A stretch of 64,000 nucleotides of DNA from a virus: positions 35,916 to 99,915 of the IMG/VR virus record IMGVR_UViG_3300017527_000160. One strand, written 5' to 3'. Shown here one piece after another: positions 28,401-36,164 of this stretch. The number at the start of each line of letters is the position of its first letter. Position 1 is the stretch's first letter. The translations under genes were made by a program, and so were the position numbers. A model generated the notes under the pieces. That model was not told the DNA's origin. It ran no database searches and saw nothing but the letters and a program-made list of their open reading frames with translations.

Positions 28401-31362
28401 TGAGCTTAACCAAATGTTTCAAGACAAGAAAGCAGGTAAACCTTACGATAAGGATTACATGAGTGAACTGAATAAAAAGAGGACTGAAAAAGGTTTAAAC
28501 AAATGGGACATAGCAAAACTTAATGGGTACTATGCTCAGCTTGGTGCAATGTCTACTAGAGGTGCTACTGAATATTATACCGACATGGTTAACGAGATGA
28601 TGTCTACTTTGGACATTTCTGATTTAAAAGAACTTGATGGTATGGATAACCAAAGTGTAGATCAGTTGTTAGATCCTGCTACTCTGGATAAACTTTTTTC
28701 TCAAGGTGAAGCAGGTAAAACATTTGAATTATGGTTTGAAAAGAATCACATTAGGAAAGAAGTTTACAATAAAGAAACTAAAAAGAATGAGCTTAAGTAT
28801 GAGCGTCTATATGCGTGGAACGTAGTAAGACCATCTGATACAAGCATGATGGAAACCTACGAAGTCAAAGACATTACAGGTAATGTGATTGATATAATAG
28901 ATGGTATTCCTTCACAATCTTATTATAACCGTACGGTAAAAGCTGAGTATCATACTAGAGCTATACCAGGTGTGACTAAGAATAACCAGGGTCGTTGGAT
29001 GCCTAAGAGTGTGAAAGCAGGAGCAGTCGATGATAAGTATGTGGATCAAGATTATGCTAAGATGAAAGCTGATGATACTCCTATGTATAGGTTACTTGAA
29101 AAGCTTAAGAAGCATCACTTGGCCAACCAAGAGGGTCTACCTTATAATAGTAGACTGGGTCTTGATATGCCTAGGTACAGACAAAGTGAGATGGAATTCC
29201 TACAGAATACTACACTCGGTGCTGAGACCAAGAAGAAAAAGAATGCGTTAACGATGTTGATGAAACGTGCGAAAGGTTTTATGACTGGTGATCCAGATGA
29301 TGCTGCCGATGGAACGATGAATCATGATACTAAGATGAACTTGGTTAGAGCAGATATGTTCGATAACGACATGACTGATATTCCAATCTCTGGTTTATAT
29401 AATATTGAAGTGGACGAAGTGTCGACTGATATCACTCTGAGTATGATGAGGTATATGATGTCAGCTGAACGTCAGAAGCAACTTGTGAAGATCTCTCCTG
29501 TTGTAAGAGCAATCCAAGAGACTGTGAAAAGCAATACGGTAAAGGATCCCACCAAAGTGAGAAAGAGAAATTTCAAGAACGGAGTATTGAGTTACTTAGG
29601 TAAAGATAAAAACGTTAGGGAAGCTGCTATAAACAATCTTATAGAAAGAGAGTTCGATGGTAAGACTAAGACAGGGCTCGGATCAGAGACTGCATTCTTA
29701 ACTAACTTCTCCAACTTACTTTTCAAACGTGCTTCCTTCACGTTCTTCGCACTGAATATTCCTTCAGCGCTTAAGAATAGTTTAGGTATGAAGTTCCAAT
29801 CGATGATTGAGGCTGCGGGTGGACAACATGTTGACCAATGGTCTCTGCAGAAAGGAAACGGCTGGGCTTATAAAGCTATGCAGGAACTTAGCTTTGGAGG
29901 TAACCTTAGAACTAAGGGCCCTAAGAGTCACAGGCTACAACTATGGGATGTGTTTGATTTTGCTCAAGGGCGATTTGAAGAGAAGTTTGCCACTGAGATG
30001 TCACGAAGTATAGGACAAGATGTAGTAGGTATGAGTTGGTTATACTCTCCTCGTAAATGGGTTGAACTTCAAGCGGTCGCTCAACTCGGAGCTGGGATGT
30101 TACATAAGAAAAAAGTAACACAGATTCAGGAGGATGGGACTACTAAGGAAATTCCGTACATAAATGCTTTTGAAACTATCGATGGTCAGATTCGATTGAA
30201 GAAAGGTATCGATGCTCGATATGATGTTGATGCAAAAATACACGCAGTAAAACCAGGAGATACCCTGGAAGCAATCGCTGCAAAATTCAACATACCTGTT
30301 ACAGAGATAGAAGCTGCCTTCAGAGGTGTTACTATAGAAGGTAAACTTAGGAAAGCAGAAGCTATAGAAGACAAGCGTATGCAAGAGCTTGATGTTGTAC
30401 AACAATCAATAGATCTACTGGATCCTGCATCACCAGCTTACGAGGATGGTCGTACAGTCCTAATGGACAAAACAGACGCTATCAATAAAAAGTATGACGC
30501 ACAACTGGAGAAAGATGCTTCTATCAAGATTGATAACTCTGAGTTCAAGTTCATGAAGAACAAGATGCATCAGGTACAGAATAATATGGGTGGTGCTTAC
30601 TCTAAGTTTGATCAGCCAGAGGCACAACGTTATCTTGCATTCCGTTTCATAACTTATATGAGAAGATACTTCACTACTATGGCTACTAACAGGTGGGCAA
30701 AGAAAAGACTTAACCCGGGAATGGGTGGTTCGAGTGAAGGTTTCTATATTACAACTGTGAAAAGTTTAATCGATATCGTTAAGACTGGAGGAGCGGGTAT
30801 CAAGTTTGCTAGTAAAGAAGAGAAGACAGCATGGTTGAAATTCGGTACTGAGGTTGGTATGTTGATGTTAACTACAGCATTAACTGGATGGATCTTTGGA
30901 TGGGATGACGATGATGATCAAAGATATGATAAGCTTAGAGAAAAGTCTGGGCCAATGAACTTGCTTGGTTTAACTGCTGATGATCCGAACAGACCGTTTG
31001 AATTGATGGGCTACCTAGAAGTACATGCGCTACATACACTAATGCAGGTACGTGCAGAGAATGAACAGTTCAATTTACTTACAGGTGGTATACATCAGTA
31101 CAACTCGTTACTTGATATTAAGTCAGTGGCGTTCGGTCCGACAACAGATTCATACGTGCAGATGTGGGATGACCTTAAGAAGATTGTGACTAACGATCCT
31201 AAAGCATACTACACTAGAAACGTTGGACCATACGAATGGCAACAGAAAGGTGGTTCTAAGTTTATGACTCACTTTGCTAAGACATTCGGTATGACTGGTT
31301 CGTCATTAGATCCTGCACTTGCAGTACAGAACTTCCAATCGTATCAAGCTAAAGTAAGATAA
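25459..31362 (+). CDS. Large virion ejection protein with N-terminal zincin (HEFAH) and a LysM-like insertion
   Basis: 1967 aa; VLHEFAH...KEEVIV at about 25945; HAVKPGDTLEAIAAKFNIPV at 30241; hydrophobic segment near the C-terminus. Confidence 0.75.
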   Translation: MSSCPNKSFKTDSNQEKSDWALLEEGVGYFEAMRDYLETGGEIRTPEQVKDKLAMRKEVPGSAMSPESTIPSGEFTLADIANDQLKQTEDFGINTDQLKSTRAIELANKMSAALGIQYELVTAQQAALITQNAKNPWNGEGAFFVGGKVYFIQEKMTSDMVLHEFAHPLVRVISKENPALFDKLYNDIANTTEGQEVIQAVTDHYKALEPGSAYFKEEVIVKVLEKHGAQKLSKEKVQGPFAKAIAEFLFAIKQLLRKRFGKHIKISKLSTDTSLDELADILTAGDKISIDTELISEEDIVAYNKEAEAEVNNDLNTVRNQDIQATVNDFYDKITDHMQELMHNENYAELADVLVDSNQVKMYQAMKGNLKPHHKAMMSKANATLESAEESRKRVNALTNTLFRLEDVMKKMYEHTKDIATYPDTQDNMQKAYYYKKFTDHWQEFMTDLKNTLENEANGVDSRSEIVALVNAIESDISKTGKIIDKMYADGSRDALYEQLVPMNRAISERYEERIANLREKGASPERIDKVFTEYHGVNQADKKIMDTLTAKYKAGTITTTEQNTLDQLVVKGKKGLSISKDKIELLLKGRMGDANWFSSYLEGYLYNSDPIVGGLALFVKNATNDVMIVAQQKYNDFANDIRDDLKAAGYNPNRVGKLGKDVGRKDKIARINEEGILEEAEVWSFKQEFGNGFRYDQDALKKTMQLAEEAHETNNTPETKAAFIKAEKEYKKFERDYMHQQFTDAYYAREELFEDDPVGEAAGFARREILDDMQELTSHAKTQSDHLEIADELDAIWRKYRLLHSNYDHNGKLKTGDDLEIAKRLRTYRQESQELHEYTVRKGAFENAYFNFQQELRNQNIEENTTDPESEWNKKMDIWKKRNTRTAVKPEYYTERTRILEGIKEILKKIDDTEQKELDQGVIWEEILDIVAPYKDDDKQPIGTEMKESNIDDIRELQLKLEEIKEKSIQRSGLTRKESSELNQMFQDKKAGKPYDKDYMSELNKKRTEKGLNKWDIAKLNGYYAQLGAMSTRGATEYYTDMVNEMMSTLDISDLKELDGMDNQSVDQLLDPATLDKLFSQGEAGKTFELWFEKNHIRKEVYNKETKKNELKYERLYAWNVVRPSDTSMMETYEVKDITGNVIDIIDGIPSQSYYNRTVKAEYHTRAIPGVTKNNQGRWMPKSVKAGAVDDKYVDQDYAKMKADDTPMYRLLEKLKKHHLANQEGLPYNSRLGLDMPRYRQSEMEFLQNTTLGAETKKKKNALTMLMKRAKGFMTGDPDDAADGTMNHDTKMNLVRADMFDNDMTDIPISGLYNIEVDEVSTDITLSMMRYMMSAERQKQLVKISPVVRAIQETVKSNTVKDPTKVRKRNFKNGVLSYLGKDKNVREAAINNLIEREFDGKTKTGLGSETAFLTNFSNLLFKRASFTFFALNIPSALKNSLGMKFQSMIEAAGGQHVDQWSLQKGNGWAYKAMQELSFGGNLRTKGPKSHRLQLWDVFDFAQGRFEEKFATEMSRSIGQDVVGMSWLYSPRKWVELQAVAQLGAGMLHKKKVTQIQEDGTTKEIPYINAFETIDGQIRLKKGIDARYDVDAKIHAVKPGDTLEAIAAKFNIPVTEIEAAFRGVTIEGKLRKAEAIEDKRMQELDVVQQSIDLLDPASPAYEDGRTVLMDKTDAINKKYDAQLEKDASIKIDNSEFKFMKNKMHQVQNNMGGAYSKFDQPEAQRYLAFRFITYMRRYFTTMATNRWAKKRLNPGMGGSSEGFYITTVKSLIDIVKTGGAGIKFASKEEKTAWLKFGTEVGMLMLTTALTGWIFGWDDDDDQRYDKLREKSGPMNLLGLTADDPNRPFELMGYLEVHALHTLMQVRAENEQFNLLTGGIHQYNSLLDIKSVAFGPTTDSYVQMWDDLKKIVTNDPKAYYTRNVGPYEWQQKGGSKFMTHFAKTFGMTGSSLDPALAVQNFQSYQAKVR

Positions 31363-31382
31363 CATTAGAGGCTAGCTAACAG

Positions 31383-31414
31383 AAAAAAAAAGGGAACCGA
31401 TTTGGTTCCCTTTC
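31383..31414. terminator. Rho-independent terminator at the convergence of the two gene blocks (probably bidirectional)
   Basis: A-tract, AAAGGGAACC-gattt-GGTTCCCTTT stem-loop, T-rich tail. Confidence 0.85.
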
Positions 31415-31486
31415 TATATATATTGTTTGTTAGATTTTTTCTAAAAACTCTTGTGTATCACAAGCACTTCTTTGCTGGCGTGGGCT

Positions 31487-31738
31487 TCATGCCTCCCTAA
31501 ACTGACCTTCAGTTGCCTCGTCCTCTCTAATACAAGCGTACTGATTCTGAGGCAGCTGAGTATCATCGTTATTACTTGGACTCTCAGTTTTTTCTACAGT
31601 TACTGCCACGGCAGCTGTAGCTTTGGACTCACGAGAATCTATCGTCCAGGTACTAAAAGTATCCTGCATATCACTAGCTACCATCTCCGTATGAGGAGCG
31701 AATACTGCTATAGTTGATATGATAACGATGAATAACAT
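31487..31738 (-). CDS. Hypothetical small secreted/membrane protein
   Basis: 83 aa with hydrophobic N-terminus; TACATTTG box 5 nt upstream of the ATG. Confidence 0.4.
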   Translation of the reverse strand: MLFIVIISTIAVFAPHTEMVASDMQDTFSTWTIDSRESKATAAVAVTVEKTESPSNNDDTQLPQNQYACIREDEATEGQFREA

Positions 31739-31743
31739 GTCAG

Positions 31744-31751
31744 CAAATGTA
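31744..31751 (-). promoter_or_regulatory. Bacteroidota-type -7 promoter box
   Basis: TACATTTG on the minus strand in an AT-rich gap. Confidence 0.5.
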
Positions 31752-31774
31752 AATAAAAAATATTTAAAGTTTAA

Positions 31775-31945
31775 CTATTTTTTATTTTTTTCTTTACCTT
31801 TCTCCTGGTATGGGCCATCTTCCGTAGGGATAATGACCTCTTTCTTCTTCAACTTTCGTTGCTTTACATAGTACTTCAGATTTTCCTGAGTGGGTTCTAA
31901 CCCCATCTCCTCCATCTCAACGATGGCGCGTCCTATCTTACTCAT
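31775..31945 (-). CDS. Hypothetical 56-aa protein (not in ORF track)
   Basis: MSKIGRAIVEMEEMGLEPTQENLKYYVKQRK...; its ATG overlaps the TGA of the upstream gene (TGATG). Confidence 0.6.
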   Translation of the reverse strand: MSKIGRAIVEMEEMGLEPTQENLKYYVKQRKLKKKEVIIPTEDGPYQEKGKEKNKK

Positions 31946-32277
31946 CAGGCATCACCTCCAGTTCCCATCATGAATCCGGGCATGTTCTTTATATCATCAG
32001 GAGTATCCTCCTTCATAACATGAAGCTCGAATCCTTCTGTGGTTATGTCGAATATGTCAGGAGCAGCCATCAACTTATTCATTGTGTCTGCTGCTATCTC
32101 CATGAATAGAGTATCCCTAGGATCTTCCGCTTGCTGCGGAACTTTCTCAGGATTTTGCATACTAATTTTTACTTTGAAAGCTGGCTTATCTTTACCTGTT
32201 TCATCTTCTGGTACAGGTACAATCTCTATGACAAAGCCTGCGTCGTCCTCATTGAGGAATGTTAACTTCTGTTTCAT
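31945..32277 (-). CDS. Hypothetical protein
   Basis: 110-aa ORF, translationally coupled on both sides. Confidence 0.7.
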   Translation of the reverse strand: MKQKLTFLNEDDAGFVIEIVPVPEDETGKDKPAFKVKISMQNPEKVPQQAEDPRDTLFMEIAADTMNKLMAAPDIFDITTEGFELHVMKEDTPDDIKNMPGFMMGTGGDA

Positions 32278-32495
32278 CTTTCGTTTTTAAGAATGTCCTC
32301 TTGAATCGCTTTGATTACATCGGGCACATCCATCACACTACTGTTAGCAATAGTGTTCAGAATGGTTAGAGTTCTGTCCGCCTCCATGGATACTACGTCA
32401 CACTTGTGACCGTCAGCCCATTTGGGAAACGACAGAGGTTTCTGACCGTTAGTACTGCTGTACTTTGTACGGCACTCTCTACAGATCCAAACCAT
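32274..32495 (-). CDS. Hypothetical small protein, possible Zn-binding (CxxC...HxC)
   Basis: 73 aa, WICRECRT...GHKC; coupled to the ligase stop. Confidence 0.6.
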   Translation of the reverse strand: MVWICRECRTKYSSTNGQKPLSFPKWADGHKCDVVSMEADRTLTILNTIANSSVMDVPDVIKAIQEDILKNER

Positions 32496-33577
32496 TACTT
32501 ATCTTCTCGGAATCCGTGACACACTGGGAATCTCGGGAGGCCATCATCCGTATACTCGAAGAAACGAATCTCAGCTATCCTACCGATATATAAATCCTTA
32601 TTGATTAGCATTTGTTTCCTCATTACATGTGAGAACTTCATCCCACATCCGAAGGTAACATTATCAGCTCCTCCACCGATCGTACAGTGCACTACTCCCT
32701 GCTCTGGATTCTTTTCAGAAGGGACAATGTCCACAACTTCATAAGCCTCATCAATGAAATCCTTATACTTCAACAATTGGAAATCCCTCTTGTTTACAGC
32801 GTAAGGTGCATCAGTGTGTCGTATGATTGTACCTTCGTAGCCCATACCTACATACATCTGGTGATGATGTTTCAACTCCTCTTCATCAAAGATTTGAATC
32901 GTAGGAACTATTTCTACCTGGTCATAGTTTCGTGCAATCGATTGCAGCAAAGCATAACGTAATGCGAACGGCTTATCTAAGATGAGGTCATACACATGGA
33001 ATTTAACTTCCTTTGTTTCTTCCCCACGATCTTTCTTGATCAAACGCATATTCTCCTGAAATGTTCTACCGTGAGCATACAGCTCCCCGTCAAGTACATG
33101 ATGTGTAGAATCCATGACATCTTCAATGATGTGACCCATGGTCTCAATAGCTTTACCTTTACGAGAAATCATCTTACTCTTTTGATAGAGTGCTCGCATA
33201 CCATCTAGCTTGGGTTGAATAAAACAAGGATACTCGATCTTCTCAAGTATGTTTGATGCATCCTTTGCTAGCATAGGAAGAATAACTTCTTCGCTGGCTG
33301 CTTCTTTTTGCGTTTCAAAATATCCTGTGGACATCTTAGTTTCCACCTTAGAGATGGCTTGACTCAACGCTTGTTGTTCTGGTGTAGTCTCATTGGACTT
33401 CCCTATGTTTTTAGCTTTCGCTGTGGATCTATGTTCCATTGGACTATCTGTCCCTACTACTCCAGACACCTGAACTAAATCAGCTCCGTCTGCGAATACA
33501 CGTAAGAACCTAATCTTACCTTTGCTATCCTTTTTATAGATAGTCTTATCAAATGTTGTTTGGATTGTTTCTTCCAT
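32495..33577 (-). CDS. lig: ATP-dependent DNA ligase with WGR-like N-terminal domain
   Basis: QPKLDGMR (motif I KxDG), LDGELY, FHVYD, YEGTIIR, LLKYK, and C-terminal PRFP OB-fold motif. Confidence 0.93.
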   Translation of the reverse strand: MEETIQTTFDKTIYKKDSKGKIRFLRVFADGADLVQVSGVVGTDSPMEHRSTAKAKNIGKSNETTPEQQALSQAISKVETKMSTGYFETQKEAASEEVILPMLAKDASNILEKIEYPCFIQPKLDGMRALYQKSKMISRKGKAIETMGHIIEDVMDSTHHVLDGELYAHGRTFQENMRLIKKDRGEETKEVKFHVYDLILDKPFALRYALLQSIARNYDQVEIVPTIQIFDEEELKHHHQMYVGMGYEGTIIRHTDAPYAVNKRDFQLLKYKDFIDEAYEVVDIVPSEKNPEQGVVHCTIGGGADNVTFGCGMKFSHVMRKQMLINKDLYIGRIAEIRFFEYTDDGLPRFPVCHGFREDK

Positions 33578-33578
33578 A

Positions 33579-33809
33579 TTACTTTTCTATTTTACCCTGT
33601 CTAACTGCAGAGAGACCGTGTTTATCATATACGGCATCTATATCCGTATGCATCTTCTTGAAGTCTGTGTTCTGTGTCAGAGCAAACTCTAACATATGTT
33701 TCGATTCAATCTTGAATGCTTCCAGATAAGCTGCCTCATAAGCTTTAATAAACTTTTCTTTATCAGTGACCATGTCTACAATTTTTAGGTGTACATCGAA
33801 ATAGTTCAA
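33579..33809 (-). CDS. Hypothetical protein
   Basis: 76-aa ORF in operon. Confidence 0.55.
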   Translation of the reverse strand: MNYFDVHLKIVDMVTDKEKFIKAYEAAYLEAFKIESKHMLEFALTQNTDFKKMHTDIDAVYDKHGLSAVRQGKIEK

Positions 33810-33954
33810 GGTACTCTTGGTCTGTTAATATAAGGGCTTGACCGAAACCTTGTTCGGCTTCATCGGCTGTATCTCTAGCCTCGTCTTCATCCTCCGCATC
33901 AAAAACTCTGATGGGAGTGTTATACTCTGGTCTATGTTTGACTATGACTTTCAA
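33763..33954 (-). CDS. Hypothetical protein
   Basis: 63-aa ORF with TTG start overlapping the upstream TGA. Confidence 0.5.
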   Translation of the reverse strand: MKVIVKHRPEYNTPIRVFDAEDEDEARDTADEAEQGFGQALILTDQEYLELFRCTPKNCRHGH

Positions 33955-34088
33955 TCGTCTTCGTCTTTATAACCTCTTGGGTTCTTGATGTTTTCTTCTT
34001 CGCAGTTATCACAATAGGCAGGATTCGGATTCTCCGTGTCTTTACCTAGATCTTGATAACAGTTTGGGCATTGTAAGTTACTCGCCAT
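33951..34088 (-). CDS. Small Zn-ribbon protein (45 aa, not in ORF track)
   Basis: MASNLQCPNCYQDLGKDTENPNPAYCDNCEEENIKNPRGYKDEDD; two CxxC pairs. Confidence 0.65.
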   Translation of the reverse strand: MASNLQCPNCYQDLGKDTENPNPAYCDNCEEENIKNPRGYKDEDD

Positions 34089-34230
34089 GTTCATCTCGTT
34101 TTAAGTAGCCGCTGTCTATGAGTTCATGCACAGCACGGACAGTGTACCACTTGTATAAAGCGGTAGCACTAATCCTTTGTCCTGTGTAAAACCATAGCAT
34201 ACTTCTGGTCACTATATACATAGCGTCCAT
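34078..34230 (-). CDS. Hypothetical 50-aa protein (not in ORF track)
   Basis: MDAMYIVTRSMLWFYTGQRISATALYKWY...; start overlaps the stop of the 34230..36161 gene. Confidence 0.5.
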   Translation of the reverse strand: MDAMYIVTRSMLWFYTGQRISATALYKWYTVRAVHELIDSGYLKRDEHGE

Positions 34231-36161
34231 TAGATTGCAGCGTCTATATAAGCACTAGACAGAGCGATCGTTTCGCCTGTCGATAATACTATGTTATACT
34301 GGTTGTCTTCTAACTTATATGTGAAATCCGGGACCTCACCATATATGTCTTCCAACTCTGATGCAATAGCCAATTTTACAGGGCTATTGTCTTCACCTAA
34401 CTCTTCAGTTAAAGTTGATTCAACTGGTGCTTCTTCCTCGAATTCCTCCATCACTTCTTCCTTAATAGCATCCACATCTACCTGCTCCAGGACTTCTGGT
34501 TCAGTAGGTGGTGCAATATCTGGAAGTGCATCGGTATTTACTTCCTCTGCTTTCGGTAGGATAGATGGCTCTTCAGGTAAATAACTGTTAGTGTCCGTTC
34601 CGAGCTCTACAATTCCCTCCTCAATCATCTCCTCAACTTTCTCCGCAACTATTTCAGTCATCACCTCTTCAGCACCCATGTCTAGGATCACAGTCTTCGC
34701 AGACACAAGAGGTTCACCTTGTTCGTTTCTCTCAATGACTACAGGTTCTGTATCCTCCATCATAACTTCACCTCCTTGTACTTCAATAGGTACTTCAGCA
34801 GTGATACCACCTAGTTCTAATGTAGCAGTAGGAGTTTCAGCTTCCTCTTCATCCATAACTTCGATCTCCTTACATCCCCAGTAATCGGTACCATCAAGGT
34901 GATCGACACCTATGATCTCATAGTAAGCGCCTTCAATTTCTAACAGGTCCCCTATTTGTTTACCTGGGAAATCTTCAGCTGTAAAGAATGTCAAATCAGG
35001 ATCCGCCTCTTCTTCTACAATATCGTTGCCGTTGGCATCGATCGTAGCTTCCGGGTGAACTGGCGCTTCTTCTTTGAATGGACTTGGCTCTTCAGTGAAG
35101 TTATCTTCAGGTGTAGCAATTGCTTCTCCCTGATCAGTGTTCACTAGATAATTGTTGTCATCAAGCTTTTCGATAACAGCTTCGTGCACTGCCTCTCCTG
35201 CTTCAGTTGCTGTAGCACTTTGCTCCTCAACTTTCGCCATGGTCTCAGCAATGACATCATCTATGTTTACCTGCGCAGGATCTACTACTTCTTCTTCAAC
35301 TTCCTCTTCAGCAACAACTGCAGCTGGAGCAAAACCTGGAAGGGGTTGAAGGGTTTCTACACCATCCAGGATCCCATCAATGACAGGTTCCGGATTAGTA
35401 CCAGTCGTTACGGGTTCTTCTACTTCCGTTGTCTCATCGTCGTCAAAGCTGTTTAACTCAAACCTCGTAGCAAAGAATAGGTGAACCGCGACTTGATTCT
35501 GCATCCATTTGGTTGGATGTGTAAGGCGTAACACGTTTGTTACTTGCAAATAACATGTCCATAAGTTGTACTTCGCATCGACATAATCGTACGACGGAGT
35601 CTTGTCTTCCTTATGGATAATGCTTAATTGCTCTGACCCTATGTACTCATTCATATAGAGTTCACCAAGTATACCTGCATATACGCTACGGTCGATATCG
35701 ATCTCACGCATTGCATCTTTATCTTGTTTTAACTGGTCAAAATAATCAGTAGCATGCGCGATATGATCAGTGATTAACTGCTCGGTTTCAACGTCTGCTG
35801 TACCTGTATGTACTCTCTTCCAATTGTCTGTTTCACTTACGATGTATGAATCATTCACTAAACTATATGCACCGATCGCTGCCTTAAACTTAAGGCTTTT
35901 ATCGTACGAGTTTGAGAATGTATACATGAGTCCTAAGTCAGGATCATCATCGTAGTTAATCATCAGTACACCATGCGCAACTTGTGCGCCTGCAGTACAT
36001 CTATATGATTCTTTTTTAACAGTAAATCCATTAGCAGTTAGCGCATTGATAATAGTATCGATGACAAACTGGTGGCTAATTACTGTGTATGTTTTTGTTG
36101 CAACCGGCAACGCTGCGCCAACAAGTACTGACTTGTCGACGATTCCTATTTTTGCTCCCAT
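34230..36161 (-). CDS. DUF932-like protein with a long highly acidic C-terminal extension
   Basis: N-terminal 240 aa (TKTYTVISH, FSNSYDKS, KRVHTG, NLWTCY) resembles DUF932/DUF945; the remaining ~400 aa are E/D-rich. Confidence 0.6.
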   Translation of the reverse strand: MGAKIGIVDKSVLVGAALPVATKTYTVISHQFVIDTIINALTANGFTVKKESYRCTAGAQVAHGVLMINYDDDPDLGLMYTFSNSYDKSLKFKAAIGAYSLVNDSYIVSETDNWKRVHTGTADVETEQLITDHIAHATDYFDQLKQDKDAMREIDIDRSVYAGILGELYMNEYIGSEQLSIIHKEDKTPSYDYVDAKYNLWTCYLQVTNVLRLTHPTKWMQNQVAVHLFFATRFELNSFDDDETTEVEEPVTTGTNPEPVIDGILDGVETLQPLPGFAPAAVVAEEEVEEEVVDPAQVNIDDVIAETMAKVEEQSATATEAGEAVHEAVIEKLDDNNYLVNTDQGEAIATPEDNFTEEPSPFKEEAPVHPEATIDANGNDIVEEEADPDLTFFTAEDFPGKQIGDLLEIEGAYYEIIGVDHLDGTDYWGCKEIEVMDEEEAETPTATLELGGITAEVPIEVQGGEVMMEDTEPVVIERNEQGEPLVSAKTVILDMGAEEVMTEIVAEKVEEMIEEGIVELGTDTNSYLPEEPSILPKAEEVNTDALPDIAPPTEPEVLEQVDVDAIKEEVMEEFEEEAPVESTLTEELGEDNSPVKLAIASELEDIYGEVPDFTYKLEDNQYNIVLSTGETIALSSAYIDAAI

Positions 36162-36164
36162 TTT

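Noticed and set aside
242-30405. Numerous minus-strand ORFs within the structural genes, and likewise plus-strand ORFs within the replication genes
   Set aside because: Antisense shadow ORFs with S/L/F-rich composition that arise from codon bias of the real genes.
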